64,000 nucleotides of DNA from Candidatus Bathyarchaeota archaeon (GTDB taxonomy: Archaea > Thermoproteota > Bathyarchaeia > 40CM-2-53-6). The notes below the pieces were generated by a model, which saw only the letters and a list, made by a program, of their open reading frames with translations, was not told the origin of the DNA and did no database searches. Location: NCBI GenBank assembly GCA_963726255.1, contig CAVSBL010000002.1:1376001-1440000 (forward strand), given 5' to 3'. The position numbers and the translations under genes are program-made. This document shows positions 26,279 to 36,600 of this stretch, in pieces; the stretch's first letter is position 1; each line of letters starts with the position of its first letter.

Positions 26279-26854
26279 TCACTTGAGCCGCTTGAGTAAC
26301 TCTTCGGTGTCAACTACCGTTGCGAATTCCTCATCGAGACTTGCAAGGTTGATGGCATGGATGTCCTCTGCCTTGTAGCTCCTCCCGTCTGGTCCTACTC
26401 GATCAAAGGTCGCGGTGGCGTCCGAAACCACGTAGGCATCAAATCCCAAGTTCCCCGCCATACGTGCCGTTGTCGACACGCAATGGTCGGTCACCAGCCC
26501 CGCGATGACCAATGTCTTTAAGCCATTCTGTCTGAGGCGTGCCTCAAGGTCGGTTCCGATGAATGCACTGTTAACATTCTTCTGAATGACCGGCTCGCCG
26601 GAGTGCGGTTTAGCGGCATCCTTGAATTCAAACCCTGGAGACCCTGGCCCCAACACCGAGCCGGGCATACGTGAGCGGTGTTGTATGTGAAATAGTGGCC
26701 GGCCAGTCTTTCGCCAGGTTTCCAGCAACCTTGCGATGTTCGACTCCGCTTGGGGGTTGTTTCTCCGTCCCCACCTCGGGTCGTCGAAACCTTTCTGGAC
26801 ATCGATTATGATTAGGGCCGCGTCCTTCGGCAACGGTTCGGGTTGAGCTTTCAT
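26279..26854 (-). CDS. Isochorismatase-like cysteine hydrolase
   Basis: IIDVQKGF, KNVNSAF.GT, GLVTDHCV..TAR. Confidence 0.92.
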   Translation of the reverse strand: MKAQPEPLPKDAALIIIDVQKGFDDPRWGRRNNPQAESNIARLLETWRKTGRPLFHIQHRSRMPGSVLGPGSPGFEFKDAAKPHSGEPVIQKNVNSAFIGTDLEARLRQNGLKTLVIAGLVTDHCVSTTARMAGNLGFDAYVVSDATATFDRVGPDGRSYKAEDIHAINLASLDEEFATVVDTEELLKRLK

Positions 26855-26999
26855 AATGGCCTCGGGGCGCTTTGCCCATATGCTCTTTTTATCCTTTCCA
26901 AGAATGGAAGCGTTTCACGTTACCGCAAATGGTAACTATTCAGTGCAAGAAGTACCCTTCAAAGTGACGCAGCAAACGCGTTGTGCAGGACCACGAATA

Positions 27000-27308
27000 T
27001 TGAGCAAGTATGTGAAAGTCTGCGAAGTCACCGACGTCCCCCCTGGAACCATGCACCCCGTTGACGTAGGTAAGAACAAACTCATGGTTGTCAATGTGGA
27101 CGGGGCTCTATACGTCTTAAACCGGATATGCACCCATGAAACCGCTGACCTTTCAACCGGTTTCCTCGTGGGCTCCGTCGTCACTTGCCCACTCCATCTG
27201 TCAAGGTTCGATGTGAAGAGTGGAACCGTGGAAAACCTGCCCGCGACGGTGCCCCTTGCGACGTACAGGTTGAAGGTTGAAGGGACAAGCGTATACGTAG
27301 AAGTGTAG
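27000..27308 (+). CDS. Rieske-type [2Fe-2S] ferredoxin
   Basis: CTHE...CPLH; probable TTG start at 27000. Confidence 0.88.
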   Translation: MSKYVKVCEVTDVPPGTMHPVDVGKNKLMVVNVDGALYVLNRICTHETADLSTGFLVGSVVTCPLHLSRFDVKSGTVENLPATVPLATYRLKVEGTSVYVEV

Positions 27309-27386
27309 AACCGTCCAGCGAAAACAGTTGGAGCACTTATATCACGTCATATACGTAATGCCAACGAGCGCACGCAGGTCTCGCTA

Positions 27387-28631
27387 ATGGTCGCAAAGGC
27401 CGCAACGATAAACGTTCCCAAGGTTCGGGAAGACTTTCCGATTCTCAATCGCCAAGTCAACGGAAAACCACTCATCTACTTTGATAACGCTGCCACCTCA
27501 CAGAAACCTAAGTCCGTCATAGAAAGCACAGACAGGTACTACCGGGAATACAACGCGAACATACACCGCGGAATCCACAAGCTAGCTGAGGAAGCAACCC
27601 TTGCACATGAGGAAGCGAGAGAAAAAATAGCCAAATTCATCAATGCAAGGCACACCGAAGAAATAATCTTCACACGAAACGCAACCGAAGCAATGAACCT
27701 CGTGGCCTACACCTGGGGCAAAGCGAACGTCGGGAAAGGTGACAAGATTGTCCTAACCATCATGGAGCACCACAGCAACATAGTTCCGTGGCAGCTACTG
27801 GCACAAGAAAAAGGTGCCCGCGTCGAGTACGTAAAGATCGATGATGAAGGATTACTTCGAGAGGATGAGATTCATGAGCTAATTGATGAGACAACGAAAC
27901 TCGTGTGTGTAACCCAAGCGTCCAACGTGCTTGGAACGATAAACTCCGTTAAGGAAATCGGTAAGATTGCCCACCGTTACGGGGCCATGTTCCTGGTTGA
28001 CGCCGCCCAGTCTGTGCCGCATATGGGCGTTGACGTCAGGGACATTGACTGCGATTTCTTCGCGTTCTCAGGCCACAAGATGTTGGGCCCTACGGGAATC
28101 GGAGTTCTTCACGGAAAGCGTGAACACTTGCAGGCCATGCCACCATTCTTGGGTGGGGGGGAAATGATTAGGGAGGTTCACACGACCGGAGCCTCGTGGA
28201 AGGACATACCGTACAAGTATGAGGCTGGGACACCAAACATTGTCGGCGCCATTGGCCTGGGGGCAGCGGTAGATTATCTCAGCAAGCTCGGTATGGAGAA
28301 CGTTCACGAGCATGAAAGAGAAATCACCAGCTACGCCATTAGAAGGATGGCGGAAGTCAAAGAGATCACAATCTATGGCCCCAAAGATGTTGCGAAACGG
28401 GTTGGCGTGTTATCCTTTAACTTAGGAGATGTCCATGCCCATGACCTCGCCTCTATCCTAGATGAGGAGGGCATCGCGATTAGGTCAGGGCACCATTGCG
28501 CTCAACCTTTAATGGAATTCTTGAACGTTCCCGCCATGTCGAGAGCAAGCTTTTACATTTATAACACGAAAGAGGAAGTTGACGTCTTCATGAACGCCCT
28601 TGAGAAAGCCAGGAAGCTATTCGCGCGATGA
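27387..28631 (+). CDS. sufS: Cysteine desulfurase, SufS type
   Basis: YFDNAATSQKP, EHHSN, SGHKMLGP, RSGHHCA. Confidence 0.95.
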   Translation: MVAKAATINVPKVREDFPILNRQVNGKPLIYFDNAATSQKPKSVIESTDRYYREYNANIHRGIHKLAEEATLAHEEAREKIAKFINARHTEEIIFTRNATEAMNLVAYTWGKANVGKGDKIVLTIMEHHSNIVPWQLLAQEKGARVEYVKIDDEGLLREDEIHELIDETTKLVCVTQASNVLGTINSVKEIGKIAHRYGAMFLVDAAQSVPHMGVDVRDIDCDFFAFSGHKMLGPTGIGVLHGKREHLQAMPPFLGGGEMIREVHTTGASWKDIPYKYEAGTPNIVGAIGLGAAVDYLSKLGMENVHEHEREITSYAIRRMAEVKEITIYGPKDVAKRVGVLSFNLGDVHAHDLASILDEEGIAIRSGHHCAQPLMEFLNVPAMSRASFYIYNTKEEVDVFMNALEKARKLFAR

Positions 28632-29035
28632 GTTCTGACATCTACAAAGACATCATATTGGATTATTATAGGAACCCGCGCAATTTCGGCGACCTGCCGG
28701 AACCTGACGTCCGCACGAAAGACTCGAACCCGCTGTGCGGGGACATCATTGAAATGCAGCTGAAAATCAAGGACGGGAAGGTGGACGACGTACGGTTCAA
28801 GGGTAAGGGATGCGCAATTAGTCAAGCCTCAGCTTCGATGCTCACAGAAGTAGTCAAAGGAAAGACGCTTGATGAAATCAAAGCCTTAGGTAAGCCTGAC
28901 GTGCTAAATCTTCTAGGCATAGACCCCGGCCCTACCCGAATCAAATGCGCCTTACTAGGCTTGAAAGTGCTGAAGCTCGGCGTTTATGGCTACCTCGGCC
29001 AGGCGATTACCGAGGAAGTAAAGCAACTAGTCTAG
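28628..29035 (+). CDS. sufU: SufU/IscU-type Fe-S scaffold / sulfur acceptor
   Basis: NPLCGD, GCAISQAS, RIKCA. Confidence 0.9.
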   Translation: MSSDIYKDIILDYYRNPRNFGDLPEPDVRTKDSNPLCGDIIEMQLKIKDGKVDDVRFKGKGCAISQASASMLTEVVKGKTLDEIKALGKPDVLNLLGIDPGPTRIKCALLGLKVLKLGVYGYLGQAITEEVKQLV

Positions 29036-29167
29036 CATAGGTTTCGGAACTGTTCACATTGCGATTTTGAGAAGCGATGCCGCGATTTGTTCACGGTCTG
29101 ACGCGCCCCACCACCCTTTTTTCGTAAATGAAAAGTTTATGTGAGGTGCAGCTAAGGTGTGGAAGTC

Positions 29168-29776
29168 ATGCCAAACAAATATGTTCTTCCGGAATTGCCA
29201 TACAAATACAACACGCTGGAACCAGTCATTTCCCAACAAATAATGACACTCCACCACGACAAGCACCACGCAGCCTACGTTAACGGCGCAAACGCGGCAC
29301 TCGAAAAACTCGACAAAGCCCGCAAGGGCGAAGCCCAAATCGACATCAAAGCAGTTCTCAGAGACTACAGCTTCCACTACGGAGGCCACATCCTCCACAG
29401 CATCTTCTGGCCAAACATGGCCGCCCCCGGCAAAGGAGGCGGAACCCCAGGCGGAGCCCTCGCAGACAAGATCAACGCAGACTTCGGCGGCTTCGACAAA
29501 TTCAAACAACAATTCTCCGACGCGGCTAAGACGGTCGAAGGCTCAGGATGGGCGCTACTACTCTACGACAACACAACCGACCAACTCGTCCTAACACAAA
29601 TAGAGAAACAAAACTTCATGCACCTCGCCCAACTACCAATCCTACTGGGCCTCGACGTATGGGAGCATGCGTACTACCTGCAGTACCTAAACGACAGGGC
29701 GAAATATGTCGACGAGTGGTGGAAGGTCGTAAACTGGTCTGATGTTGACGCACGATTCGGTAAAGCAAAACGTTAG
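29168..29776 (+). CDS. sod: Fe/Mn superoxide dismutase
   Basis: HHDKHH, GGHILH, GSGW, DVWEHAYY. Confidence 0.96.
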   Translation: MPNKYVLPELPYKYNTLEPVISQQIMTLHHDKHHAAYVNGANAALEKLDKARKGEAQIDIKAVLRDYSFHYGGHILHSIFWPNMAAPGKGGGTPGGALADKINADFGGFDKFKQQFSDAAKTVEGSGWALLLYDNTTDQLVLTQIEKQNFMHLAQLPILLGLDVWEHAYYLQYLNDRAKYVDEWWKVVNWSDVDARFGKAKR

Positions 29777-29940
29777 CACCCACAAAAACCAGAATCAATA
29801 AAACGATTGTATGGGTCTGAGCTAATTCAGACCCACCCCCTCCTTTCTCGTAAGCGCACTGATTGCGATAAACCGACATAAGGTTCAAAAAGTACGAGGT
29901 ACGTAGGCTGTCCAAGCCTGCTGACGGCAATAGTCACAGG

Positions 29941-30213
29941 GTGTTTCTTGTTTTGGTATGTGCAATTTGTAATGGAGATGGGGAAGTAGCCTGTAGCAAG
30001 TGTAAAGGCACCGGCTCGATACCAACGAAATGCGACGAATGCAAGGGAACGGGCAAGCTGACCACTGAGAAAGGCGTGTTGGATTGCGACATTTGCAACG
30101 GCAGCGGCCTCGTCTCCATCAAGTGTAACGAATGCTTCGGCGGCGGCAAACTCGTCTGTGAAGCATGCGGCGGAACAGGCGGCAAAGAAAGCGAGATAGA
30201 CGAATCCATCTGA
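29941..30213 (+). CDS. Stand-alone DnaJ-type zinc-finger protein (6 x CxxCxGxG)
   Basis: CAICNGDG, CSKCKGTG, CDECKGTG, CDICNGSG, CNECFGGG, CEACGGTG. Confidence 0.82.
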   Translation: MFLVLVCAICNGDGEVACSKCKGTGSIPTKCDECKGTGKLTTEKGVLDCDICNGSGLVSIKCNECFGGGKLVCEACGGTGGKESEIDESI

Positions 30214-30330
30214 GTCTGCTATCCCCAGGGAAGAACTAGCCCGCACGTCCCGGTAGCTCGAACGGCCGCGCAATTTGAGAGGCAAGAATAAAGCCCTGCC
30301 AGGCTCTCGGGTATACGAGTCTGCTGCGCT

Positions 30331-31884
30331 ATGAAGACGGCACTTATCTCAAGTCAAGAAAGATTCCCATTCCTTCGAGAGCTATCCATTCAGGACGTTA
30401 ACCCTGGCTCATGTACTGGTCCTGACGGTTGGAGTAGCATAGAAGGCCATGAGCTCCTGGAAGTTGTGACCCCGATTGACGGTTCGTTAATTGCGAAGGT
30501 GGCGCTCGCCTCAGTAGACGATTACGAACGCGTAGTCAAGGCCGCTCAAGAAGCCTTCCTGAAATGGCGTCTGACACCTGCACCTGTTAGGGGCCAAATC
30601 ATGCGTGAGGTTGGCGAAGAGCTTCGGAAGCAGAAGGAACAGCTTGGAAAGCTAATCACTCTGGAAATGGGCAAGATCGTCGCGGAAGGTATGGGGGAAG
30701 TACAGGAAGCCATCGACATCGCCGATTTCGCGGTAGGACTCTCACGCCAGCTTTACGGCCTCACCATGCAATCTGAACGACCACTTCACCGAATGTATGA
30801 GCAATGGCACCCCTTGGGTGTAGTGGGCATAATCACTGCCTTCAACTTCCCGGTCGCGGTCTGGTCATGGAACTCAATGATCGCAGCCGCCTGCGGGGAT
30901 ACAATGGTATGGAAACCTTCCTCCAAAGTTCCACTCAGCGCAATCGCAGTCCAACACACCATCAACCGAGTAATGGAACGCCACGGGCTAACAGGAATCT
31001 TTACGCTCGTAATAGGCAGGGGCTCAACAATTGGAGAACGCCTAATCAACGACAAAAGAATTCCACTGATCTCTTCTACAGGATCAACTGAGATGGGTAA
31101 GCGTGTTGCCGAAGCAGCCGCCAAACGATTGGCGCGAACTATACTGGAATTAGGCGGTAATAACGCCATAATTGTCGCTGAGGATGCGAACTTAGACCTG
31201 GCCGTGCGTGCCATATTGTTTGGGGGAGTAGGAACAGCAGGGCAACGTTGCACGACGACTAGGCGAATAATAGCGCAGAAGCAAATCATCGATGAATTGA
31301 CTTCAAGGCTTGTAAAGGCATACGGGCAGGTTCGAATCGGCGACCCCTTGGATCCCAATACGCTGATGGGGCCGTTGGTTGACGGGGAAGCGGTTGCCAC
31401 TATGATGAAAGCCTTGGAGATTTTGCCGAAACAAGGCGGGAAGGTTGTTACGGGTGGGAAAAAAATCGACCGTCCCGGGTTCTATGTGGCGCCGGCAATA
31501 GTCAGGGTTCCAGGTAACACGCAACTGGTCTGTGAAGAAACGTTCGCCCCGATACTTTACGTGATGCCGTATGATACGATTGAGGATGCGGTAAGGTTAC
31601 ATAATGAGGTCCCGCAGGGACTGTCCTCGGCGATTTTCACCGAATCTCTGAAGAAAACGGAGAAGTTTCTTTCCGCCGTCGGCAGTGATTGCGGAATAGC
31701 TAACGTGAACATCGGCACCTCTGGGGCTGAGATTGGGGGAGCGTTCGGCGGCGAGAAGGATACCGGTGGCGGTCGAGAGGCGGGATCGGATGCTTGGAAA
31801 CAGTACATGCGCCGCCAGACGACGACGATTAACTGGAGTGACCAACTGCCCTTAGCGCAGGGAATCAAATTCGGCGAGCAATAG
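30331..31884 (+). CDS. Aldehyde dehydrogenase family 7 (aminoadipate-semialdehyde/P6C dehydrogenase-like)
   Basis: AFNFPVAVW.WN, LELGGNN, GTAGQRCTT, GAEIGGAFGGEK.TGGGRE. Confidence 0.9.
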   Translation: MKTALISSQERFPFLRELSIQDVNPGSCTGPDGWSSIEGHELLEVVTPIDGSLIAKVALASVDDYERVVKAAQEAFLKWRLTPAPVRGQIMREVGEELRKQKEQLGKLITLEMGKIVAEGMGEVQEAIDIADFAVGLSRQLYGLTMQSERPLHRMYEQWHPLGVVGIITAFNFPVAVWSWNSMIAAACGDTMVWKPSSKVPLSAIAVQHTINRVMERHGLTGIFTLVIGRGSTIGERLINDKRIPLISSTGSTEMGKRVAEAAAKRLARTILELGGNNAIIVAEDANLDLAVRAILFGGVGTAGQRCTTTRRIIAQKQIIDELTSRLVKAYGQVRIGDPLDPNTLMGPLVDGEAVATMMKALEILPKQGGKVVTGGKKIDRPGFYVAPAIVRVPGNTQLVCEETFAPILYVMPYDTIEDAVRLHNEVPQGLSSAIFTESLKKTEKFLSAVGSDCGIANVNIGTSGAEIGGAFGGEKDTGGGREAGSDAWKQYMRRQTTTINWSDQLPLAQGIKFGEQ

Positions 31885-31886
31885 GC

Positions 31887-32801
31887 TTACGCTAGATAAT
31901 CCAACCAATCAGAGCGCTTCTTACCGCTTCCTCTCACCGCATCGTCGAAAGCGGCTTGCAACTTTCTTGTAACTGGATATTCGCTGTTTCCGATTTTTCT
32001 TCCGTCAACTTCTCTAATTGGAGTTATTTCAGCCGCAGTCCCGCAGAGGAACAGCTCGTCCGACGTGTACAACTCTTCCCGCGACATGTCAATGCGGCTA
32101 CAATCGACATCAAGCTCACCCGCTAGTTGAATCACAGTATCACGAGTTATTCCCCGAAGTATACCTGCGGAAGCGGGCGGTGTTGAGAGCGCGCCTCGCT
32201 TCACTCGAAAGATGTTCTCGCCCGTTCCCTCACACACCATTCCGTTCGCGTTTAGAAGGATGGCCTCATCATACCCCGCCTTTACTGCCTCAATCTTTGC
32301 AAGGCCTGCGTTCGCGTAGTTCGCGGAGGATTTTGCTTGGGGAGGTAGCGTGAGCGGACTGATTCGTCGCCAAGATGAGACTAGGCAGCGGACCCCATTC
32401 TTCAACGCATCTTTGCCCAGGTAGGCTCCCCAACGCCAAGCCGCAACTGCAAAGTCTACTTTGTTCGGTAACGGGTTAACTCCCATTTCCCCATAACCGT
32501 AGTAAGCAATCGGCCTGATGTAACACTCGTCAAAGCCGTTAGCTTTGACAATGCTTCTGATTGCGGAAGCTATTTCATCTGGGCTGTATCGGAGGTCCAT
32601 TAGGTATATCTTGGCGCTGTTCACGAGGCGCCAGACGTGATCGTACAGCCTAAAGATGGCTGGGCCTCGATCGGTTTTGTAGCATCTGAGGCCTTCGAAG
32701 ACGGCTGTTGCATAATGCAAGGCGTGGGTTAGAACATGTATCTTGGCGTCGTCCCAGTCGACTAAGCTGCCGTTGAGCCAAATCTTACTGCCTTTATCCA
32801 T
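31887..32801 (-). CDS. ilvE: Branched-chain amino acid aminotransferase
   Basis: HALHY, FEG, YIRP, AK...NY, EGTGEN, L.GITR, GTAAE. Confidence 0.93.
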   Translation of the reverse strand: MDKGSKIWLNGSLVDWDDAKIHVLTHALHYATAVFEGLRCYKTDRGPAIFRLYDHVWRLVNSAKIYLMDLRYSPDEIASAIRSIVKANGFDECYIRPIAYYGYGEMGVNPLPNKVDFAVAAWRWGAYLGKDALKNGVRCLVSSWRRISPLTLPPQAKSSANYANAGLAKIEAVKAGYDEAILLNANGMVCEGTGENIFRVKRGALSTPPASAGILRGITRDTVIQLAGELDVDCSRIDMSREELYTSDELFLCGTAAEITPIREVDGRKIGNSEYPVTRKLQAAFDDAVRGSGKKRSDWLDYLA

Positions 32802-32858
32802 TCGTGAAGACCTCTGCCTCAAGCAACTGAGATTCAAACGAAAATTCTGGGCTGCGCG

Positions 32859-33296
32859 CTAGGTGATTTGGACGTGGTCGATTTGGTAGTAGCGTTTGGC
32901 TAGCATGCGGGTCTTGTCTATTGTTCGGCCGTTCTTTCCTATGGCTAGGGCTTTGTCTTTGGGGTCCACTTCCACTACGACGATTTTGCGGTCGGGCCTT
33001 TCCGTTATTCGAACTTCCTTGATTTTCGCTGGCGACAGGCAGTTCCTAATGAGGCCTTCCGCCGTGTCGGAGAATTCAACTACTTCGATGGGCCGTCCGG
33101 TCATCTTGCGAAGGGCGTTAATGTTTTTGCCGCCCTTGCCGATCGCTAATCCCATCTCTCCGGGTTTGGCGAGGAAGATTATCCTATCGCCTTCTTCGTC
33201 GATTATGCAATCGTTTGCTGTGGCGCCCGTAATGTTTTCGAAGAGCGCGATAAGCCTCATCGTTTCGCCGGTGAGTTTTATTCCTGAGCTGGCCAT
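32859..33296 (-). CDS. nusA: Archaeal NusA (KH-domain) transcription factor
   Basis: Two AIGK.G KH motifs; position after L30e. Confidence 0.93.
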   Translation of the reverse strand: MASSGIKLTGETMRLIALFENITGATANDCIIDEEGDRIIFLAKPGEMGLAIGKGGKNINALRKMTGRPIEVVEFSDTAEGLIRNCLSPAKIKEVRITERPDRKIVVVEVDPKDKALAIGKNGRTIDKTRMLAKRYYQIDHVQIT

Positions 33297-33299
33297 GTC

Positions 33300-33614
33300 T
33301 TAGCTCTCTGCTAGTTTGAGTATCTCTGAATCGCCCGGTTCCTTAATCGCTAATACGGATACTACGAAGGGTTTCAAGCATGCTGACCCGAGGTCGACGC
33401 TGTTTCCTGGAAAATTGAAGATGGGCACCGACGATTGCTTGGCGTATTGGATAATGTCTGTCTTGTATTGGGCGGGGCAGTTAGAGGCTACGATTAGGAG
33501 CTTTGCCTTCGCGAACCTTGCAGCGTCGAGGGCTTCCCTGACGCCCAGTGCAACTTTGCCGGTTTTAACTGCGATCTGGATCTGTTTGTTCACGTCTACT
33601 TTTGTGCTCTGCAT
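33300..33614 (-). CDS. rpl30e: 50S ribosomal protein L30e
   Basis: AVKTGKV.LG, ASNCP, LG.AC.KPF, GDSEI. Confidence 0.95.
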   Translation of the reverse strand: MQSTKVDVNKQIQIAVKTGKVALGVREALDAARFAKAKLLIVASNCPAQYKTDIIQYAKQSSVPIFNFPGNSVDLGSACLKPFVVSVLAIKEPGDSEILKLAES

Positions 33615-36600
33615 TACTTCTTTCCCTTCTCAGGCATGGACATGTAGACTTCGATGAGGCCTGTTCCCATAGGAACTTGTTGCCCGACGATGACGTTTTC
33701 CGCGACTCCACGTAATGTGTCCCGTGTTCCTTTGACTGCGGCATCTACGATGGTGGGTATTGTTATTTCAAATGCGGCTTTGGCTAGCGTGCTGGCTTTC
33801 TCTCCGCTCACGCCGTGCCTTCCGACTTGGAGTACCTCTCCGGACGCGGTCATAGCATCGGCTACGAGCATGACGTGGCGTATGTCTACGTCGAGGCCTT
33901 GCTCTTCCAGAACCGCGGTTGCCTCCTTTATGATTACGTTGCGGGCTGCTTCAATTCCAAGCACTTCGGCTACTTCGTGCATATTGTTCGAGATTGTTCT
34001 GGTTGTATCTACGCCTTCAGTTTCCAGTGTCAACTCGAGGTTTGAGCCCTCGGTTCTGATTACCCATTCGCTTTTCTCGCCAGTTTTCTCTTCCATGACT
34101 AGTGCACGTTTTACTTGTGGGATTCCCTTGACGTGCATCAGGGGCAGGCGCAACACGAGCCTGTTGAATTGTGGTATGTCCATGTCCTGCGGTGTGATGT
34201 GGACGGTGTTTCGTTCCACTTCTACCTTGCATCCGCCAGGGGTTACAGCTGCTTTTACGTCTTTGAGAACTACTTCTCTCTCCCTCATGGCTTCGGTGTT
34301 CAGTGTGACAACAATCCGCATTTTAGTGATATCTGATTCAATGATTGATGCAATGTCGCCCAAGGTGGTATGGGTGATTCTTGTGGCAACTTCCTGTGCC
34401 TTTTCCCGGCTCGTGCGCCGTTTCTTGTCAAGGTACACAATCATGCTAGGTGTGGATGGAATCTTCCGTGCGTCTACGATCTCGATTAGCCTGGGAAGGC
34501 CTAGCGTTACGTTCTGTTCCCTGACGCCTGCGAAGTGGAATGTTCTAAGCGTCATCTGGGTGCCGGGCTCACCTATTGATTGGGCCGAGACTATTCCGGC
34601 CGCTTCCCCAGGTTCGATCATTGATTTGCGGTAGTTCTTCACGGCTTCCTTTATCGCCGTGTCCACTCCCTTCCGGGTGAGTTTTACGCGGAGGAGGCTG
34701 TCTTTCAGTTGGTCGGCTAGGCTGGGGGTGAGGTCTTCCCTGACCTCTGCGACCCTCTTCTCAATGTAGGCCTTGCTCGCCTTTGCACCCTTCTCGATTG
34801 TGAGTTCGACCCGTTCCACCAATCGTTCGGTATTCACTGCCTTTCCGTGATCGCTTTTGGCGGTGTCGACTCCGTCTTCACCATACCTGAATTGTATGAT
34901 ATCGCCTCTTGAGTCGCGGACTGTGCCGTCGTATTCAACCCGAATGTGTTCGAGCGCATTGATGAGCCGGCGTTGCATGTAACCGCTCTGCTGCGTTCTA
35001 ACGGCCGTATCCACCAGTCCTTCTCTGCCGCCCATCGAATGGAAGAAGAATTCCACGGGGGTTAGGCCCTCTTGGTAGGAAGCGTAGACGAACCCTCGGG
35101 CTTCAGCGCCGACATCACCCCTCTCGAAGAAGGGGAGGGCTCGGTCTCTGTAGCCCCGCCTTATTCGTTGGCCGCGGATTGATTGTTGGCCAACGGTAGC
35201 AACCATCTGGGCGATGTTTAGCATTGAGCCGCGCGCTCCCGTCTTGGTCATTATAACTCCAGAATTGTCCGTCTCAGTCTTCAGGTATTGTTCAGCGAGT
35301 TCGCCCGCCTGGTCGCGGGCCTTTGAAAGTTCATCCATGATGCGGAGTTCAAGGGACTCTTCGACGGATCGACCTGGGAGCCGTTCAAGTGTCTTTCTCT
35401 TGTATTGGTCAATCAAGTCTTGTACATGTTCTTCGGCTTTCTTGACAGCCTTTGAGATTTTGTCTCTGACTCCGGCTGAAATGTCGAGTTCATCAATTCC
35501 GTACGTAAATCCTCGAAGGGTTATGAAACGGTCAAGGAGTTTTATCAAACCGTTCAGGAAGATACGGGCTGGTTCAGAGCCGCTGTCTTTCACTATGCGG
35601 TGGAAGAGGGTCTCGGAGCGTTCGGCACCGATTGTGTTCTTGTCTATGACCCCTTCAACGAGCGTCCCGTCTTTCACTACGACAGAGCTGCCGTCCTCTT
35701 TGGTTACCATGCTCGACTTGGCTACAAAGTCGAAACCTGCCGGGAGGAAGAGGCTGAAGATTTGCTTCCCGCTCCAAAGCTCCTCCGGCCGTTTTATCTC
35801 AGGGGGCGGCAGTTCTCCGCGGTATCCCGCCGCGGTTATGAGTTTGCCGACTTCTTCTTTGTTCAAGTAAGTTGACTTTCTCGTGAGTAGGTACGCTGCG
35901 GTGAGCAGGTCGGTCTTGGCTCCAATTATGGGGCCTCCGTATCGGGGTGAGAGAATTTGATCTTGGACTTGCATGAGTAATTTTGCTTCGGTTCTTGCTT
36001 CCTCCCCCTGTGGGACGTGGAGGTTCATTTCGTCGCCATCGAAGTCCGCGTTGTATGGTGGGCATACGCATGGGTTGAGCCTGAAGGTCTTGTATGGGAG
36101 CACTTTCACCGTGTGTGCCATTATCGACATTCGGTGGAGTGAGGGTTGCCGGTTGAACAGGACGATATCTCCATCCCTAATGTGGCGTTCCACGATGAAA
36201 CCCGGCTGAATTGCTTCAGCCAAGCTTTCACGTTCAGTGACGAATTCCAGCCTGACCCTTCGCCCGTCAGGCCTTACGATGTAGAGCGCGCCAGGGTATT
36301 GGTCTGGACCATTCCTGATGAGTTGTTTCAACTCGTCGATGTTCCAGGGTGTGACCCTTTCAGGGATGGTTAGGCGCTGGGCAACATCGAGCGGTACGCC
36401 GACTTCGTTAATGTCAATATTCGGGTCAGGTGAGATTACGGTCCTGGCTGAGAAATCAACTCGTTTTCCGGAAAGGTTTCCCCTGAACCTGCCCTCTTTG
36501 CCTTTGAGCCTCTGGCTGAGGGTCTTCAGCGCCCGGCCAGACCTATGGCGTGCGGGCGGCAGGCCGGAAACTTCGTTGTCAAAGTAGGTTGTGACGTGGT

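Noticed and set aside
33654-35870. Long plus-strand ORFs (326 aa, 218 aa) opposite rpoA
   Set aside because: Antisense shadows of a highly conserved gene; Ser/Thr-rich with no motifs. The same applies to most short overlapping ORFs in the track
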